This document shows, in pieces, positions 1 through 16,105 of a stretch of 64,000 bases of DNA (positions are counted from its first letter, which is position 1; every line of letters starts with the position of its first letter). The notes under the pieces were generated by a model that saw nothing but the letters and a program-made list of their open reading frames with translations, was not told the DNA's origin and made no database searches. The position numbers and the translations under genes are program-made. The DNA lies in the NCBI RefSeq assembly GCF_009914755.1, contig NC_060937.1. One strand, 5' to 3'. This DNA is from the human T2T-CHM13v2.0 reference genome, Homo sapiens.

Positions 1-295
1 GTGGCAGAACCAGGCAGTGCATACAGACAGCCCTCCTCAGTAAAGAAAACGAGAAGTCGGGGGCAGGAAGAATCTAGTTATCATTTAATGTTTTTAATCA
101 AGGTATAATTCTGATCATATTCATCCTGGAATTAGGAGAGAAGCAGTATTCTGCCTTTGCTGTAATCAACTCAGTCTCATTGGTTCACTCTCTGCCTCTA
201 TTACCAAGATCAATTTTAAAATGGCCTGTATCTACTCTGATCAAAACGATGTGTTCTTGGTTCTAAAAGTAAGATAAGAAAGGAACAAACATCCT

Positions 296-600
296 GGCCA
301 GACATGGTGGCTCACGCCTGTAATCCAAGCACTTTGGGAGGCCGAGGTGGGAAGATTACCTGAGGTCAGGAATTCGAGACCAGCCTGGCCAACATGGTGA
401 AACCCCGTCTCTACTAAAAATACAAAAATTAGCTGGGCATGGTGGCAGAAGCCTATAATCCGAGCTATTCAGGAGGCTAAGGCAGGAGAATCCCTTGAAC
501 CCAGGAGGCAGAGGCTGCAGACAGCCAAGATCACGCCACTTTACTCCAGCCTGGGCAACAAGAACAAAACTCCGTTTCGAAAAAGAAGGAAAAAAAAAAA
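296..600 (+). mobile_element. AluS element
   Basis: Dimeric Alu with A-tail; TSD aaggaacaaacatcct/aaggaataaacatcct. Confidence 0.95.
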
Positions 601-1270
601 AGGAATAAACATCCTGAGAGAAAAATTAAAAGGTTGTCTGGGAAGGAAAGAGCTGGGAGCAGGCCTGCAGTCTAGTTCCCCCTTTCCCCAGGGAATACCC
701 AAGAAAGAAAGAGATGACCCAGCCAAATCTCCTTGTTAACATGCTGATGACAGACCTCTAGGCAAGCACATACACGGTGTTTACTAGGAAGAGTCCTTAG
801 CTACTGGATACTTTACAGAAGTTGCTTATTGGAAATAAGCTTGGAATTTATATATTTAAGAGGCATAATCCCCTTGAAAATGTCACAAGTTATGTTGATT
901 ATCAGAGAAAATCATGTACATGTTTTATGACTGAAATAGCTCCCTCTGTTAAGTGCTGGTCTGTGTGCATCACTCAGAAACCAACTCCGTGAGATCCAGG
1001 CCAAGGTGTGTCCTAGTGCAGCACAGAGGGACTCTCCGTGCTTCCTTCCCCTGTGTCTTATAATCAGCTGTATCCTTGAAATCCTTAGTAAAGTGTGTTA
1101 TACTGGGTGAGAGCTCTCATTCTTGTGCATGTGATTTGACAATCTGAGCCTTTTATTATCTCATTATATAAAAATGAATAAAAATAAGTTGACCTTAAGA
1201 GCTTCTGGCTGTGAAACAAAGTGCCAGTAAAGGGGAAAAGCCATGATACAAGATGACTGCTCACATCTGA

Positions 1271-2326
<1,056 letters not shown>

Positions 2327-3142
2327 CACATTTATTTTAAATTGGCCACTTTTAAAGAGCCTATCTCTAAATATACCTATGCATAAACTCGCAAAATAAT
2401 CCAGTTTCAAATGTTTTTTAAAACAAGGTGAAGTCAAGGCTAGAAGCAAAAACATCATAGGCTCTCCTTACACTCTTACCTTAGCAGTTCCACAGCACAT
2501 ACCGTCATCAGTATGATACCAGGTATAAAACATTATCACATATATTATCTCATATAATCCTCAAACTATGTGGGAGAAAGATTTTCTCATACCACTTGCA
2601 GGCAAGCAGTAAGTCAGTGTGAGGGTCACAGCTGCCACTGAGTGTAACAGTGCCTGGGGGGCAGTACAATGGGGTAGTACTGTGTAGGATTAGGACTTAA
2701 CCTGAAGTCTCTTGAATCCAATGTTACATTAAGTCACAGGCTCTTAGAGACAAGATACCTTGCAGGCTAATCCTCTTATTATAAAAATGATCTGACCTCT
2801 GTGATGACTGGCCCAAGTCACTAAGGTAGCAGCAGTCAGGACTAGAACGCACACCTCCTGATGTTATGTCCCACACACCTCTTTTTATAGAGTATAGAAA
2901 GTACAACTTTCAAGTGACAAATGTGAGCTAAGAATGACTATATGAGACATAACAAATGCTAGATATTTAACTAAATGTTAACTGGCCTCCTAAATCATAA
3001 AACATCTTTTTAAAAATACATGACTTAAATCTCTTTAAAAAGGTGTCTCAGAAGGTCTGACTTGATCCCACTTTTTCTCAGTAACTTTCTGTCACATACA
3101 GTCATTGACAATGACTTCAGAGGTATACTAAATTGAAGTGAT

Positions 3143-3385
3143 GTGATCTCGGCTCACTACAACCTCCGCCTCCCGAGTTCAAGCGATTCTCCGGCCTCAG
3201 CCTCCTGAGTAGCTGGGATTACAGGCGTCTGCCACCACGTGGGCCCAGCTAATTTTTATATTTTTAGTAGAGACGGGGTTTTGCCACGTTGGCCAGGCTG
3301 GTCCCAAACTCCTGACCTCAGGTGATCTGCCCACCTCAGCCTCCCAAAGTGCTAGGATTACAGGCGTGAGCCACCGCACCCAGCC
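3143..3385 (-). mobile_element. AluS lacking its 3' end and tail
   Basis: Alu body begins at gatctcggctcac. The flank sequence cagaggtatacta is present on both sides. Confidence 0.9.
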
Positions 3386-3970
3386 AGAGGTATACTACAA
3401 TTTATGAACATTCTTTTTGACACCAAAGCTCCCCGGAGTAGAAGTGAGATATTAGGAGTCTATTGGTTAGGGTTCTTATTGGATTAATAATTTATTAGTT
3501 TATGGCTTTCTTATCATGTTTCCTTTCATTTTCCTTGTTCTCTCCTCTCCTTCAATCTTTCTTCCCACCCAACTTCCAAACAATGTCGAGGGTACTCCTA
3601 AAGCGGAAAATACACAAAAGCATGGCCTTTCACAACATCTTTCCAAATGCAGGAAAGTGTTACTATACATAAATGGTGTCCCTTTATCCTACTGATAATA
3701 TAAAATACAAGTTGTTTGAATAGAATAAGAGGCTTTGGTCATTACATTGCTTGTCATTTTGAGTTTTCAGATTTTATTCTTTGTTCTCTAAAAATACCAA
3801 CTGGTGGAGACACCTTCCCACCAAAAGCAGAGAAAAACATCTGAAGAAGTGGACATAAACATGCCAAAAAGTACAAATGATAGACTGTTCATTAAACAAA
3901 GCATTATTAATCATTAAAAACTGCCTGTTAGTGCATACAATAAAATTTGTTCCTAATTATTGATTCTTAC

Positions 3971-4082
3971 CCTGATATGGCGCCATATCTTTTGACCAAA
4001 GAGTCTCTGTTCCGTATTGAGTTTCATCATATAAAAATTTAACTTCTGTCGCCCCAGCATCTTCTGCATTCTGAATTAATTC
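3971..4082 (-). CDS. SACS: SACS exon 6 (112 nt) [37 protein letters not shown](G), GHKL/Hsp90-like N-box
   Basis: Acceptor ttggttag|GAATTA, donor CAGG|gtaaga. Contains the ELIQNAEDA motif. The gene continues beyond the left edge of the window. Confidence 0.97.
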
Positions 4083-6373
4083 CTAACCAAAAAATATACC
4101 AAAAAATAGTAATTAATAACACAGTAATCTACTGCTCATCTTTGTATTTATCTATAATATTTAAGAAGTTAATATACTTAAATAAAGGAAACCCACTATT
4201 TGCAACATTACCTTTAAGATCTGGTGAGGCTACTACTGAAAGTAATTGTTACATAGATGTGACAGTATGGTTGAAAAGTCCTTCTCCAATTATTTGCACT
4301 TAAATTTTGTCTTTTAATTTGCTATCACTTAGCAAATTAATCCTGGGCCCTATTTATAACTGTCTCATATTTACAATCTACCCAAAGCTTTTGTTCAAAG
4401 GAAATTATTCTATTTCCAAAAGCTGCACATATCGTCCTGTGTGGCAGGTAACTTAAGCTTGAGTGATTGCCAAAAATAGACCTTTTTTATCCTTTGCTTA
4501 CTAAACTTACCTTTCCACAGAAAAACAATAAAACCAAATAGTAGCAATCTATATATACCCTTCAATTGGCTGCTTTCTTGAGAGCCTGAGATATAAAAAT
4601 GTCTTTGTCCTGCACTAAACTGAAAGCTTCCAGATGGTCAGGACTGACTCATTCCTTTCATCAAGAAGAAAGCACTACCATTTGTTTGGTGAATGGTGGG
4701 TGAGTGGAAGGGTGACCAGCTCCCCGTAATGTAGAAAGGAAAGGGCAAACTGCAAGATTTGCCTCAACAAAATTTCCAATCCTAACAACCCCAATCACTT
4801 CTGCACACCTACTAAAATCACGCTGGGCTCCGTTCAGTTTGAAGGGAGCTCCAGAATCTGAATCAAGAATCAGCTCCTAGATCCAACCCCATGATCATCA
4901 AAAGAGCTTTTTTACTTCCCCAGAGCCTTGGGATCACTAAATTGGAGGTACAGATGGGCAAAAATTGAAGAGCACTTTAACTGATACTACAACAATGTCA
5001 ACAGTGATGCCTACATCAGAGTAGAGAGGTGGTACGATGACTACATGAAACAAAATAACTACAAGGAGACTGAGGGAGCAGAAGTGAAAAGTCAGTTCTG
5101 AGATTGTGCTCAGTTCACCCAGTGCATCCCAAAGGGCTGGAGTGTGGTACCCACCAGCTGTTCCACCCCAAACATGAACAGCTAAGTCGTGCCTCCTGCA
5201 GCCTCATTATCAGCTAGTGATTCTTCCTTGTTACGTAACTATTTCTCATGGGATTTTAATTTTTTAGGCCTCATTCAATCCCAGAGAATCCCTAAAAATT
5301 AACAATCTTATTTACATTAGGATATTATAATAATATGAAGGATGGAAATAAGAATTAAATAGGTAGTGAAACACAATGTTAACTTACAAAATGATAGCAC
5401 TTTAGATGTTCGACCTTGTTTTCATTCAGGTATCTATTTATTATTTATGTGTACTTTAGGGAGCAGAGAGGCAGAAAACTAAAGATAAAATCTAAGTCCC
5501 AGGTTCCACTCATTCTCAAGTTGAATAAAAAATAGGATAGGAAGCTTTTCCCCTAAATTGCAATCCTGAGAGATTGTTTGTAAACTAACTCTGGGAAACA
5601 GCAACAATACATTTTGTATTTGGTCTTGGGCAAGCCACTAAGATCTCTGGACCTGTTTCAGCAAACACAAATACCATAGAAGGTGGTGGTGTAGGTCTTG
5701 GTGATTTCTAAGACTCCTATTAAATCTAAAACAGTCTAATTCTACCACAACATCCAAGGAACAAAGATTACATTGAACTGGCTACAATACAAATATATCT
5801 ATAAGCAAAGCAGAAGGCGCGTAGCCCTCAGCTGTTTGCCATAGACCTTTCTCATTTCTCAGCAAGGATCCCACTCGCTCACTTCTGAACAGATGACAAC
5901 CTACTCCTGTTACCACTATACCTTTATTTTAAATGTATTCTATTCACTTCTTTCTACCCCAAAACCACCTCGTAGCAATACTCTTTCCATCCTCACTTTC
6001 CTAATAAGTCAATACAAAAACTGTTTTTGAATTCGCTTTCTGTGAACCACTGGTGCCTATGCTGAAAGATGGACTGCTCCAACAGCCCAGTCTCACCATG
6101 ATCACTAAAGACACAACAGTCCTCAGTGAGTGCCTACCTGAGCATGACTCTCTTAAATTAAAGAGACCTAGTCCTGATTCCCTCACAGTTTACAATCTAA
6201 ACTAGAAAATATAACCAGGGCCAAGATACTGAAGGTAATAAACACTAAACAAGCTAATGGGAAGGAAAATGCATAACAACTGGTCTACTTTGACAATTAA
6301 GGAAGTTTCTTATTAAACACAAAATCTAATTTTTGCAGTATCTCCCATTATTGCTTTCTTTGATGATTATTGG

Positions 6374-6695
<322 letters not shown>

Positions 6696-6854
6696 GTTTT
6701 TTAAAGAGTATAATCAAACTAAAAAAACATATTACAAAAAGAAATAAGTAAATAAAATAATTATCCTATTAAATAAACCCTCCCAAAATAGCAAACCTCT
6801 AAAATCAGGAGTCCAATGGGCATGCATTCAAGCCTCTAATCGTAGAATGTATTT

Positions 6855-6907
6855 GGCTGGCCGGTTGGCTGGCTGGCTGGTTGGTTGGTTGGTTGGTTGG
6901 TTGGTTG
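6855..6907. repeat. Compound (CTGG)n(TTGG)n microsatellite
   Basis: Seen directly in the sequence. Confidence 0.9.
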
Positions 6908-7202
6908 ACGTGTAAAGCCCTGCACAATGATCTACAGAGAACATTCCCGGAGCGACACTGCTGATTACAGCACCCAGTAGCTTAGCGCATTTCTTTGCCC
7001 CAGAAAACCTCACATATTTATATCAATTCCATTCTCAAATGGAGCTATACACTGCTATACACTGCAGCCACAGAGGTATAATACAGCTATTTGAATCTAG
7101 ACAACATTTTAAAAATTTAAACACTAATAGGACTTTCAAGTAAATTTACTTCATCTCATTTTTATCAAAGTAAATAACACATGAACACGACATGTGCCCC
7201 AC

Positions 7203-7288
7203 CTTAAGAATCTGTCCTCCTTCTGGATATCTTCTCAAAATGTCCTTGAGAAAATCAACAAGTGGTGGCGTTGTCTGACCAAATCGAC
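7203..7288 (-). CDS. SACS: SACS exon 5 (86 nt) (G)[28 protein letters not shown], start of SRR1 (Hsp90-like)
   Basis: Acceptor attttag|GTCGA, donor AAG|gtgggg. Contains the FGQ...L..IL..YP sacsin-repeat motif. Confidence 0.97.
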
Positions 7289-7437
7289 CTAAAATACGGA
7301 GCACATTTTAAGTGAGTTAGAAAAAAAATCCCATGAATTGTCACCAATGTGTGACTTGAATCTGAGACATCATATAACTATACAAGTTATGGTTGCATAT
7401 ATCTCACTGCAGCACCCTGGTACAGAAATCTACCTGA

Positions 7438-7799
<362 letters not shown>

Positions 7800-8298
7800 T
7801 CAAGATTTTTAACTGAACTACAAATAAAGTCTCAAAAAATGTTCAAAAATATAATAACTATTAATTCAAAAACAAGAAGCATGGTGCAGTGGGGAGGAGT
7901 GTTGATATTTTCCAAAGCAAATAAAATAAATGATGTTATTTTGTGGCTGCTTTGCCATTAAATAACAAGCCAGAGACAGAGGTGCCTATTATCACATTCT
8001 TAATATTCTCAAATTCAACCAGTGTTCTGATTGTTCTGAAATTCAGCAGTCACTGTCTCAATGGCTGTCCACTTCAAGTACCTTCAAGCCTTGCCTAAAC
8101 TAGATATTCTTAGACCAACTGACCAGGTCACCTTCAGACAAGTGACAGGGCTGTAGGAAGAACAAGAAAATGGGAAGTAATGCCTCAGATACACAGCATT
8201 TCAAAAATCTGTTTATCAGTATAAAGAAACCTCTGCTTAAAAAAGCAAAATTGTCACTATAAATTTATTTGCGTCATTTTGGTACAACCACATACTGA

Positions 8299-8957
<659 letters not shown>

Positions 8958-9069
8958 CCCCACTCATTCTTATAACTAGCTCCATCCACGCTTGTCTTCC
9001 TCTGGCCCTGATGTCCCCTCACTCTATCCCAATGGGATATGATTTCATTTCATTTTTAAAACATAATCT

Positions 9070-9470
9070 TTAAAACAGCTTTATTGAGTACAACTCAAAT
9101 ACAAAGCACTGCAGATATTTATTTTGCAACTTGATGCATTTGGAGATAAGTACGTACCATGAAACCATCAAACTATCATTGTCAGTGCCATAAACTTATC
9201 CATCATCTCCAAAAGTTTCCTCCCATCTCTTCTGTTGTGCTTTATTAAACTTTTATGGTAAGAGTAATTAATATCAGATCTACCCTACCCACTTAGTAAG
9301 TTTTTAAGAATACAACACAGTATTGTTATTCATGGGCCCTGTACTGTATAGAAGATCTCCAGATCTTCTTTATTCATATAGCAAACTTTGTACCTTTGGC
9401 CAATGACACCCCATTTCTCCCTGCCCCCACCCTCTGGCAACCACCATTCTACTCCCTGCTTCTTTGTTAA
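9070..9470 (-). mobile_element. Old L1M (L1MA/MB-like) 3' end fragment
   Basis: aacagctttattgag...cccctgcccccaccctctggcaaccaccattctactc resembles antisense L1M 3' UTRs. Confidence 0.65.
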
Positions 9471-9481
9471 AACTCAATCTC

Positions 9482-9821
9482 GGCTGGGAGCGGTGGCTCA
9501 CGCCTGTAATCCGAACACTTTGGGAGGCCAAAGACGGTGGATCACTTGAGGTCAGGAGTTCAAGACCAGCCTGGCCAACATGGTAAAACCCTGTCTATAC
9601 TAAAAATGTAAAAATTAGCTGGGCGTGATGGCAGGCACCTGTTTTCCCAGCTACTTGGGAGGCTGAGGCACGAGAATCACTTGAACAGAGGCTGAGACAC
9701 GAGAATCACTTGAACCCAGGAGGCAGAGGTTGTGGTGAGCTGAGATTGTGCCACTGCACTCCAGCCTGGGCGATAGGGCGAGACTCAGTTTCAAAAACCA
9801 ACCAAACAAACAAACAAAAAA
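9482..9821 (+). mobile_element. AluS with an internal ~29-bp tandem duplication
   Basis: gaggctgag(g/a)cacgagaatcacttgaac occurs twice; TSD aaaactcaatct. Confidence 0.93.
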
Positions 9822-9878
9822 ACTCAATCTTTGTGCAACCCAACATGGTATATACTTCTGGTAAAGTCAATATTATAC

Positions 9879-9966
9879 CTCCCCCTTTTAAGCCTTTTGA
9901 TTGAAGGTTTACAAAAAGATGACAATTTTTGGAAGTCAGATCTCCAATCTTGATCCAGTCAGATAA
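9879..9966 (-). CDS. SACS: SACS exon 4 (88 nt) [29 protein letters not shown](G)
   Basis: Acceptor ttttttcag|TTATCT, donor GGAG|gtataa. Translation matches sacsin and the phases fit. Confidence 0.97.
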
Positions 9967-12069
9967 CTGAAAAAAAGCAAAAGAAAATGTATGAAAAGCA
10001 ATACAGTCTCTAATACTGTAAATTCAAGACATTATCTCAAATTTTTTCACTTAAGTAATGCTTGTTAAGTCTTCTTATCATGAAGGAAGTTGTCTGGAGA
10101 AGTGAATATTCCACGGAACACAGATTTAGTCAAAAACTTTATTTAAAAATTTAAGGGACTAAAAGATTTTTCGTTAATTACAAATAGATAAAAATACATA
10201 TATTTCTCCATTAACATAATTTAAATTTTTAAATGATGAATCGGGATCATTAACATAAACAAAATCATTCTTCTGATCAACATTTCCAAAGTGTATTGCT
10301 CATAACAGAGCTCCATGAGACCTCAACACATATTAGAGGACCAAAAAAAATTGTTTTTAAATTAGTTTAGATGAATAATAATATGATTGCATAAAATAAG
10401 CTGGCTCTAAGTTGCTACCTACACAATGTTTCTTAAGTTTAAAAACAACTGAATGTAAACAGCATATTGTTTAGGTTACGTATTCAGGCTACACACACAA
10501 ACATATATGCACATATATACAAACATAACACATATCCATACATACGTAAGTATACACACAAATGCACACATTTATAGAACTATTAAAACTACCAAAAAGG
10601 CAAGAGAATAATCAGCACAAAGGGGTAAGGAAAGAGGGACAGGAATACAGGCTGGGGAGAAGATGCACAGAGGTAAGTACTAACACTGTTCTTGTTCTCT
10701 GGTTGAATGACATCATCATAAATGATCATTCTATTGTTAAACAATTATTAAAAGAAAGCCCCAGCCTGGGCAACACAGTGAGATCTGTCTCTATTTGAAA
10801 AAAATTTTTTTTTAAATTTGTGTACAGTTTAGTTAATTCATTTTTAATTGGTGTATAATAGTCATTAATATGTCACAGAATTTGAGTTGTTTCTAAATTT
10901 TTGTCGTGAAGAATGGTCCTCCTGCCGAAGTACCTGTGCAAAGAGTGAACTAGTTTTTATAGGCTTGCTTTAAGGTTTAGTGGGAATACGTGCATGAAAG
11001 TATTTATAATCTGGGACCTGTAATAGCATACTCAGTTTTGTGTTCTAGAGATGGAGACTAGCATGAAAATGATGTACAGAAAGTAAGGAGACCAGGACAA
11101 ATCCCTCATGCATAGAACAGTATCTGTAACACAGCGGCTCAATAAATGATAAGCATATTCTCAACACATTTTACCAAAACACAGAAGGAGCAATGTGCCC
11201 AGCATCAGTTACTATCTCCAGCCTGACCTCTCTCCCTTGAGTTTCAGTTCCAGATTTGCAGCTGCCTACTGAACATCACTATCTAGCAGAGACTTTAGAA
11301 TTGGTTAGAATTAGCTTTATCCCATTCATACTAGAAATAGGAAATCAGTCCCCAATACATGAATTAATTTGGCAACTGTTACATATACACAGGCAGGACA
11401 GGAAGTAGGACCTAAGGCACCCACCTCTCCGTTTCCTAGTTTCCTAGATGCTATGCTGCCTTATGTCTCACCAACAGCTGAACTATATATAAAAGCAAAC
11501 TGGTCATCATACTTCCCCCTCTGTATGTGCTTATCTCTGATGATTACGTCTTTATTTTCTTGGTCTGACTCAAAGCTTGCCAACGTCCTTGGCAAGACCT
11601 TCCAACTTATTCTACACCCATCCCCCACATCCACATCCATTTGGTACCAAATTGTGGCAATTTTGACTTTTGCAAAGTCTCTTGTATATCCTTTCCTTTG
11701 GTTTCACCTTTACAGCTACAGTCCAGAACCTCATTACCTCATACCAGGACGAAAGGGTCCTACTTAGACCCCTGTCTACCCACACCCCCAATCCCAAACA
11801 GTCAACACACCCTGCCACTTTCACCATCCCATATCCATGCTTTGCAGGGACACCCTGCAAAAGCACTTCTAAATGGCAGGGCTAGCCACAACGGAGGCTT
11901 TCAGTGTGACCACATCTAGGGGACAAGATGATCAAGTAGAACCAGAGGAGGAACCAAAGAAGTGGGTATAGACCCAGGAGAGGAAGGTTAAGAGATGTCG
12001 GCAGGCATAGAGAAAGGAGTAAGAATGACAAACTGCTCCTTCACAAGTCTGCCTAAAGTCCTCAATCAG

Positions 12070-12930
<861 letters not shown>

Positions 12931-13779
12931 CTTCAATCAAGTCAATGTCTGCATGCCAACGAACACCTTGGGGAACTGATCAGAAGGACTGATGAATCCC
13001 CCGAGGAGCATGAAAACAGGTAATAAATGTGTGTCAAGGAGGGCAAAGGACTAGAAAACTGACTCAAGTACACAGAAGGTCAGGATTACACTGAAGCAGG
13101 AAAAATCACAGATACCAACTACTTCACCAATAATATTTGTATCGAGTAGTAAGGAAATTCAACACCTGAAATGTCATCCTATACGCTCAAGTATTCCTTG
13201 TATTATCTGTTCAACTCTTTGTGACTCTTTTAAATGCTGGAAATGATGTTATCACATGAAGATGTTTATTAGAAAAAAAGAAATGTTTTAAAAGAGTTAA
13301 CTGTCAGTAAAATGTCTTCAACTGAACTCTCCCTTTAAGAAAGCTATAGAATTTTAACCAATCTTAAAGAATACATAACAATATTCTTGTTTTCCAAAAT
13401 TTTCTGACCTATCAAGTCAACCTATCACTTGAACTTTAAAAGTTTTAGTATGTTTACTCCCCAAGATAACAGGTTCTATATTAAATTATGTCTAAAGATT
13501 CTTTCAGTGCCAAATTTCTGTATCAAAAATGGAGAAAAAACTTCCAATATATCAAAGGTGAAGATATTTACCAACATTCTACTTAAACTTATTACATAAA
13601 TAGAAATAAATGAGTAATGATTAAATCACTTCATTGATGATGTCTAAAAAAAAAACTTCTGACTCCAATGTCCACCAAAAAAAATCTCTGAATTTCAGAA
13701 AGTGAAGATTCAGATGAAATGATGGGTGGGGTTCGGGGTGGGGGATGCAAACGGAAAAGGCAAGTGATGAAAAGCCACA

Positions 13780-14620
13780 ACTCAGGACAAGCACAGGCGG
13801 CCACGCTGCCGGAGTCATTCGCGCCGCCCGCGGAAACCTGCGTCGCCCACCCCGGGCCCTCGACGCCCGCCGTTCCTCCGCGTGGCGGAGCCCAGCTCAG
13901 CGCCCCCGGCCACCGCCTACCTCGCGGCCGCCGCGCCACAGCCGCTGCTCCGACACCGGGAAGCCAGTCTCCGCGAAGATACGTTCCTTCACATCGCGCA
14001 CGGTCCAGGACGCCAGCGCCGCGACGGTCCTGCAGCCCACGCAGCCGGGGAGCACGGTCACCGGGACCCACCTGTGGAAAGCAGAGGGACGCTCAGTCGG
14101 GCTGCGGCTGCCACCCGCCCGCCCAGCGCCCGCGCGGCCTCCACCCGCGTTACCTCTCCCACATCGCGGCGCGGCAGGCGCCCCTAGCGCCCGCCCCTGA
14201 CGCCGGCGCCCGATCACGGCCGGCCCTACCGCGTCCACAGGCCCCGCGCGGGCCGGGAGGGCGGGATCCGCATGGCGCAGTCCCGTACGCAGCAGCCCGC
14301 GCCGAGGAGGAAACGCTAGAGGAAGCCGCGGCGGCCGAGGAGCAGGCGGGGGCGGGGACTGCGCGCTCCCGGCCCACTCCCGGCCCTGCAGGCGCCGCCC
14401 GCGGGGACACGCCCACCCGCCGGGACCGTTAGCTGGGGATCCGCCCCGCCCCTCCCGCCAGGCCCCGCCCCCAGGGAACGCCCATCCAGGCCCCGCCCAG
14501 TCAAGTTCTGTCTTGCCCAATCCGGACAGTTAGCGAAGGAGCCGCCCCGCCCCACTCGCCCACCAGGCTCCGCCTGCCAGGCCCCGCCCCGCCTGCAGAG
14601 GCGCCTCTGCCAGAAGGCAA
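13780..14620. promoter_or_regulatory. CpG island around SACS exon 3; probable internal SACS promoter
   Basis: Very high GC and CpG density. A cluster of Sp1-type GC boxes (CCCCGCCC; caggccccgccc repeated near 14459, 14488 and 14578) lies upstream of exon 3 on the minus strand. Confidence 0.85.
13921..14071 (-). CDS. SACS: SACS exon 3 (151 nt), ubiquitin-like domain [50 protein letters not shown]
   Basis: The peptide is visible inside ORF 13897..14520(-). Acceptor tttccacag|G, donor GAG|gtaggc. Confidence 0.97.
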
Positions 14621-15571
14621 ACCCAATAAGGGTATACAGAGCGTACAGCTAGAGGACAGGTGCGTTGTCCCTTTTAGAGCTCAACAGTGCATTGAAATGC
14701 AGAACTAGGCATTTCTAGGGCCTGTGTCTCCTTGAACTCTAATGACTTTCATTCCATGGAAGCATCTCCAGTAAGATCTATAGTGGCCTCCGAGAAGGGA
14801 ACGTGCTGGTTACAGAACACAAGTGTCTTCCACGGTTTCGTTCTGTGCTCGGTTTTTGAGGCACAGAAGTAGGATCAGTGGCTCAGTTTGCTGGAGGAAA
14901 GAGAGCCAGCAGCAAAGTAAGATCAGAATGCACATAAATATATCCTATGACACGTTAAAAATATTTGTAACTTATTTTGGCAATATTATATTGTTGGTAG
15001 CCTGAATGTCTTCCCATCACAACCGCAAGCTCCTTGAAAGCAGGAACATGAGTCTTAAGAGTTGATGAAATCGCCCCACGATAAGTAAAGTTGCCATGTA
15101 ATTTGAAAGTGTGTGGGGCTTAGAGGCTTGGGGGAACCTCAGGCTGTTCCTTTGGCTTATTTCTCTTAGGTATATATGATACACATTGCAAAAAAAAAAA
15201 GTGACATCTATTAAGGCAATTCAAAGGCTACATCATGAACAAGTAAACTTGTGTGCTCCTTATTTTAAATACCTTGAATGGAACAGAATTAAATTTTAGA
15301 GTTGCCCCAAAAAATAGATAATAAATTGCCATTTCTCCCTTCCCCCCAAAAAAAATTATTACTCAGAACTCATCATCAGTAGTAAATACAGAGAATGTTC
15401 TACAGCTGTTCCATCTCTCTTACCACAGTTAAAAAGGGAATGATAGAAGTCATGCATGCCTCTTCCTACTTGGGAGAGGTAAGTAAGTATGCTCCATCAA
15501 TTGGAGGAGAATATGGTGATTCAGTATAAAGACAAGGCCAGAAAGCCCTAAGGGCCAAATATGTACTTCTT

Positions 15572-16105
15572 GGCTGGGTGCAGTGACTCACATCTGTAAT
15601 CCCAGCGCTTTGGGAGGCCAAGACGGGTGGATTACTTGAGGTCAGGAGTTCGAGACCAGCCTGGCCAACATGGTGAAACCCTGTCTCTACTAAAAATACA
15701 AAAATAAGCTGGGTGTGGTGGCACACACCTGGTTTTCTTGTTGGAAAAACTATAAACTCATCATAGAATTTGATGGAGTAGTGAATCATCCTACAATATG
15801 GGTGACCCTTGCAGACATTCTGCTAAGTGAAAGAAGCCAGTCACTGAAGACCACATGTTGTATGATTCCATTTATATGACACGTCCAGAATTGGCAAACC
15901 CATAGACAGAAAGTAGATTAGTGGGGCTGTGGGGGGAGGGAACGAGGAGGCAGTGCTAATGGGTGTGGGGTTTCTTTGGGGATGGTGGAAATGTTCTGGA
16001 ATTAGTAGTGCAATGTGCACAATTTTTTGAACATCCTTAAAACCAGGTGAATTGTACACTTTAAAATGGCAAATTTTATGGTATGTGAGTTATACCTGAA
16101 AAAAA
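15572..16105 (+). mobile_element. Alu left arm (15572-15731) followed by an L1MB-like 3' fragment
   Basis: Alu left monomer, then ctaagtgaaagaagccagtcac...aattgtacactttaaaatgg typical of L1MB 3' ends. Confidence 0.75.

Noticed and set aside
13631-14555. Long overlapping Pro/Arg/Ala-rich ORFs on both strands (up to 237 aa)
   Set aside because: Stop codons are scarce in a CpG island; only the part matching SACS exon 3 is supported.
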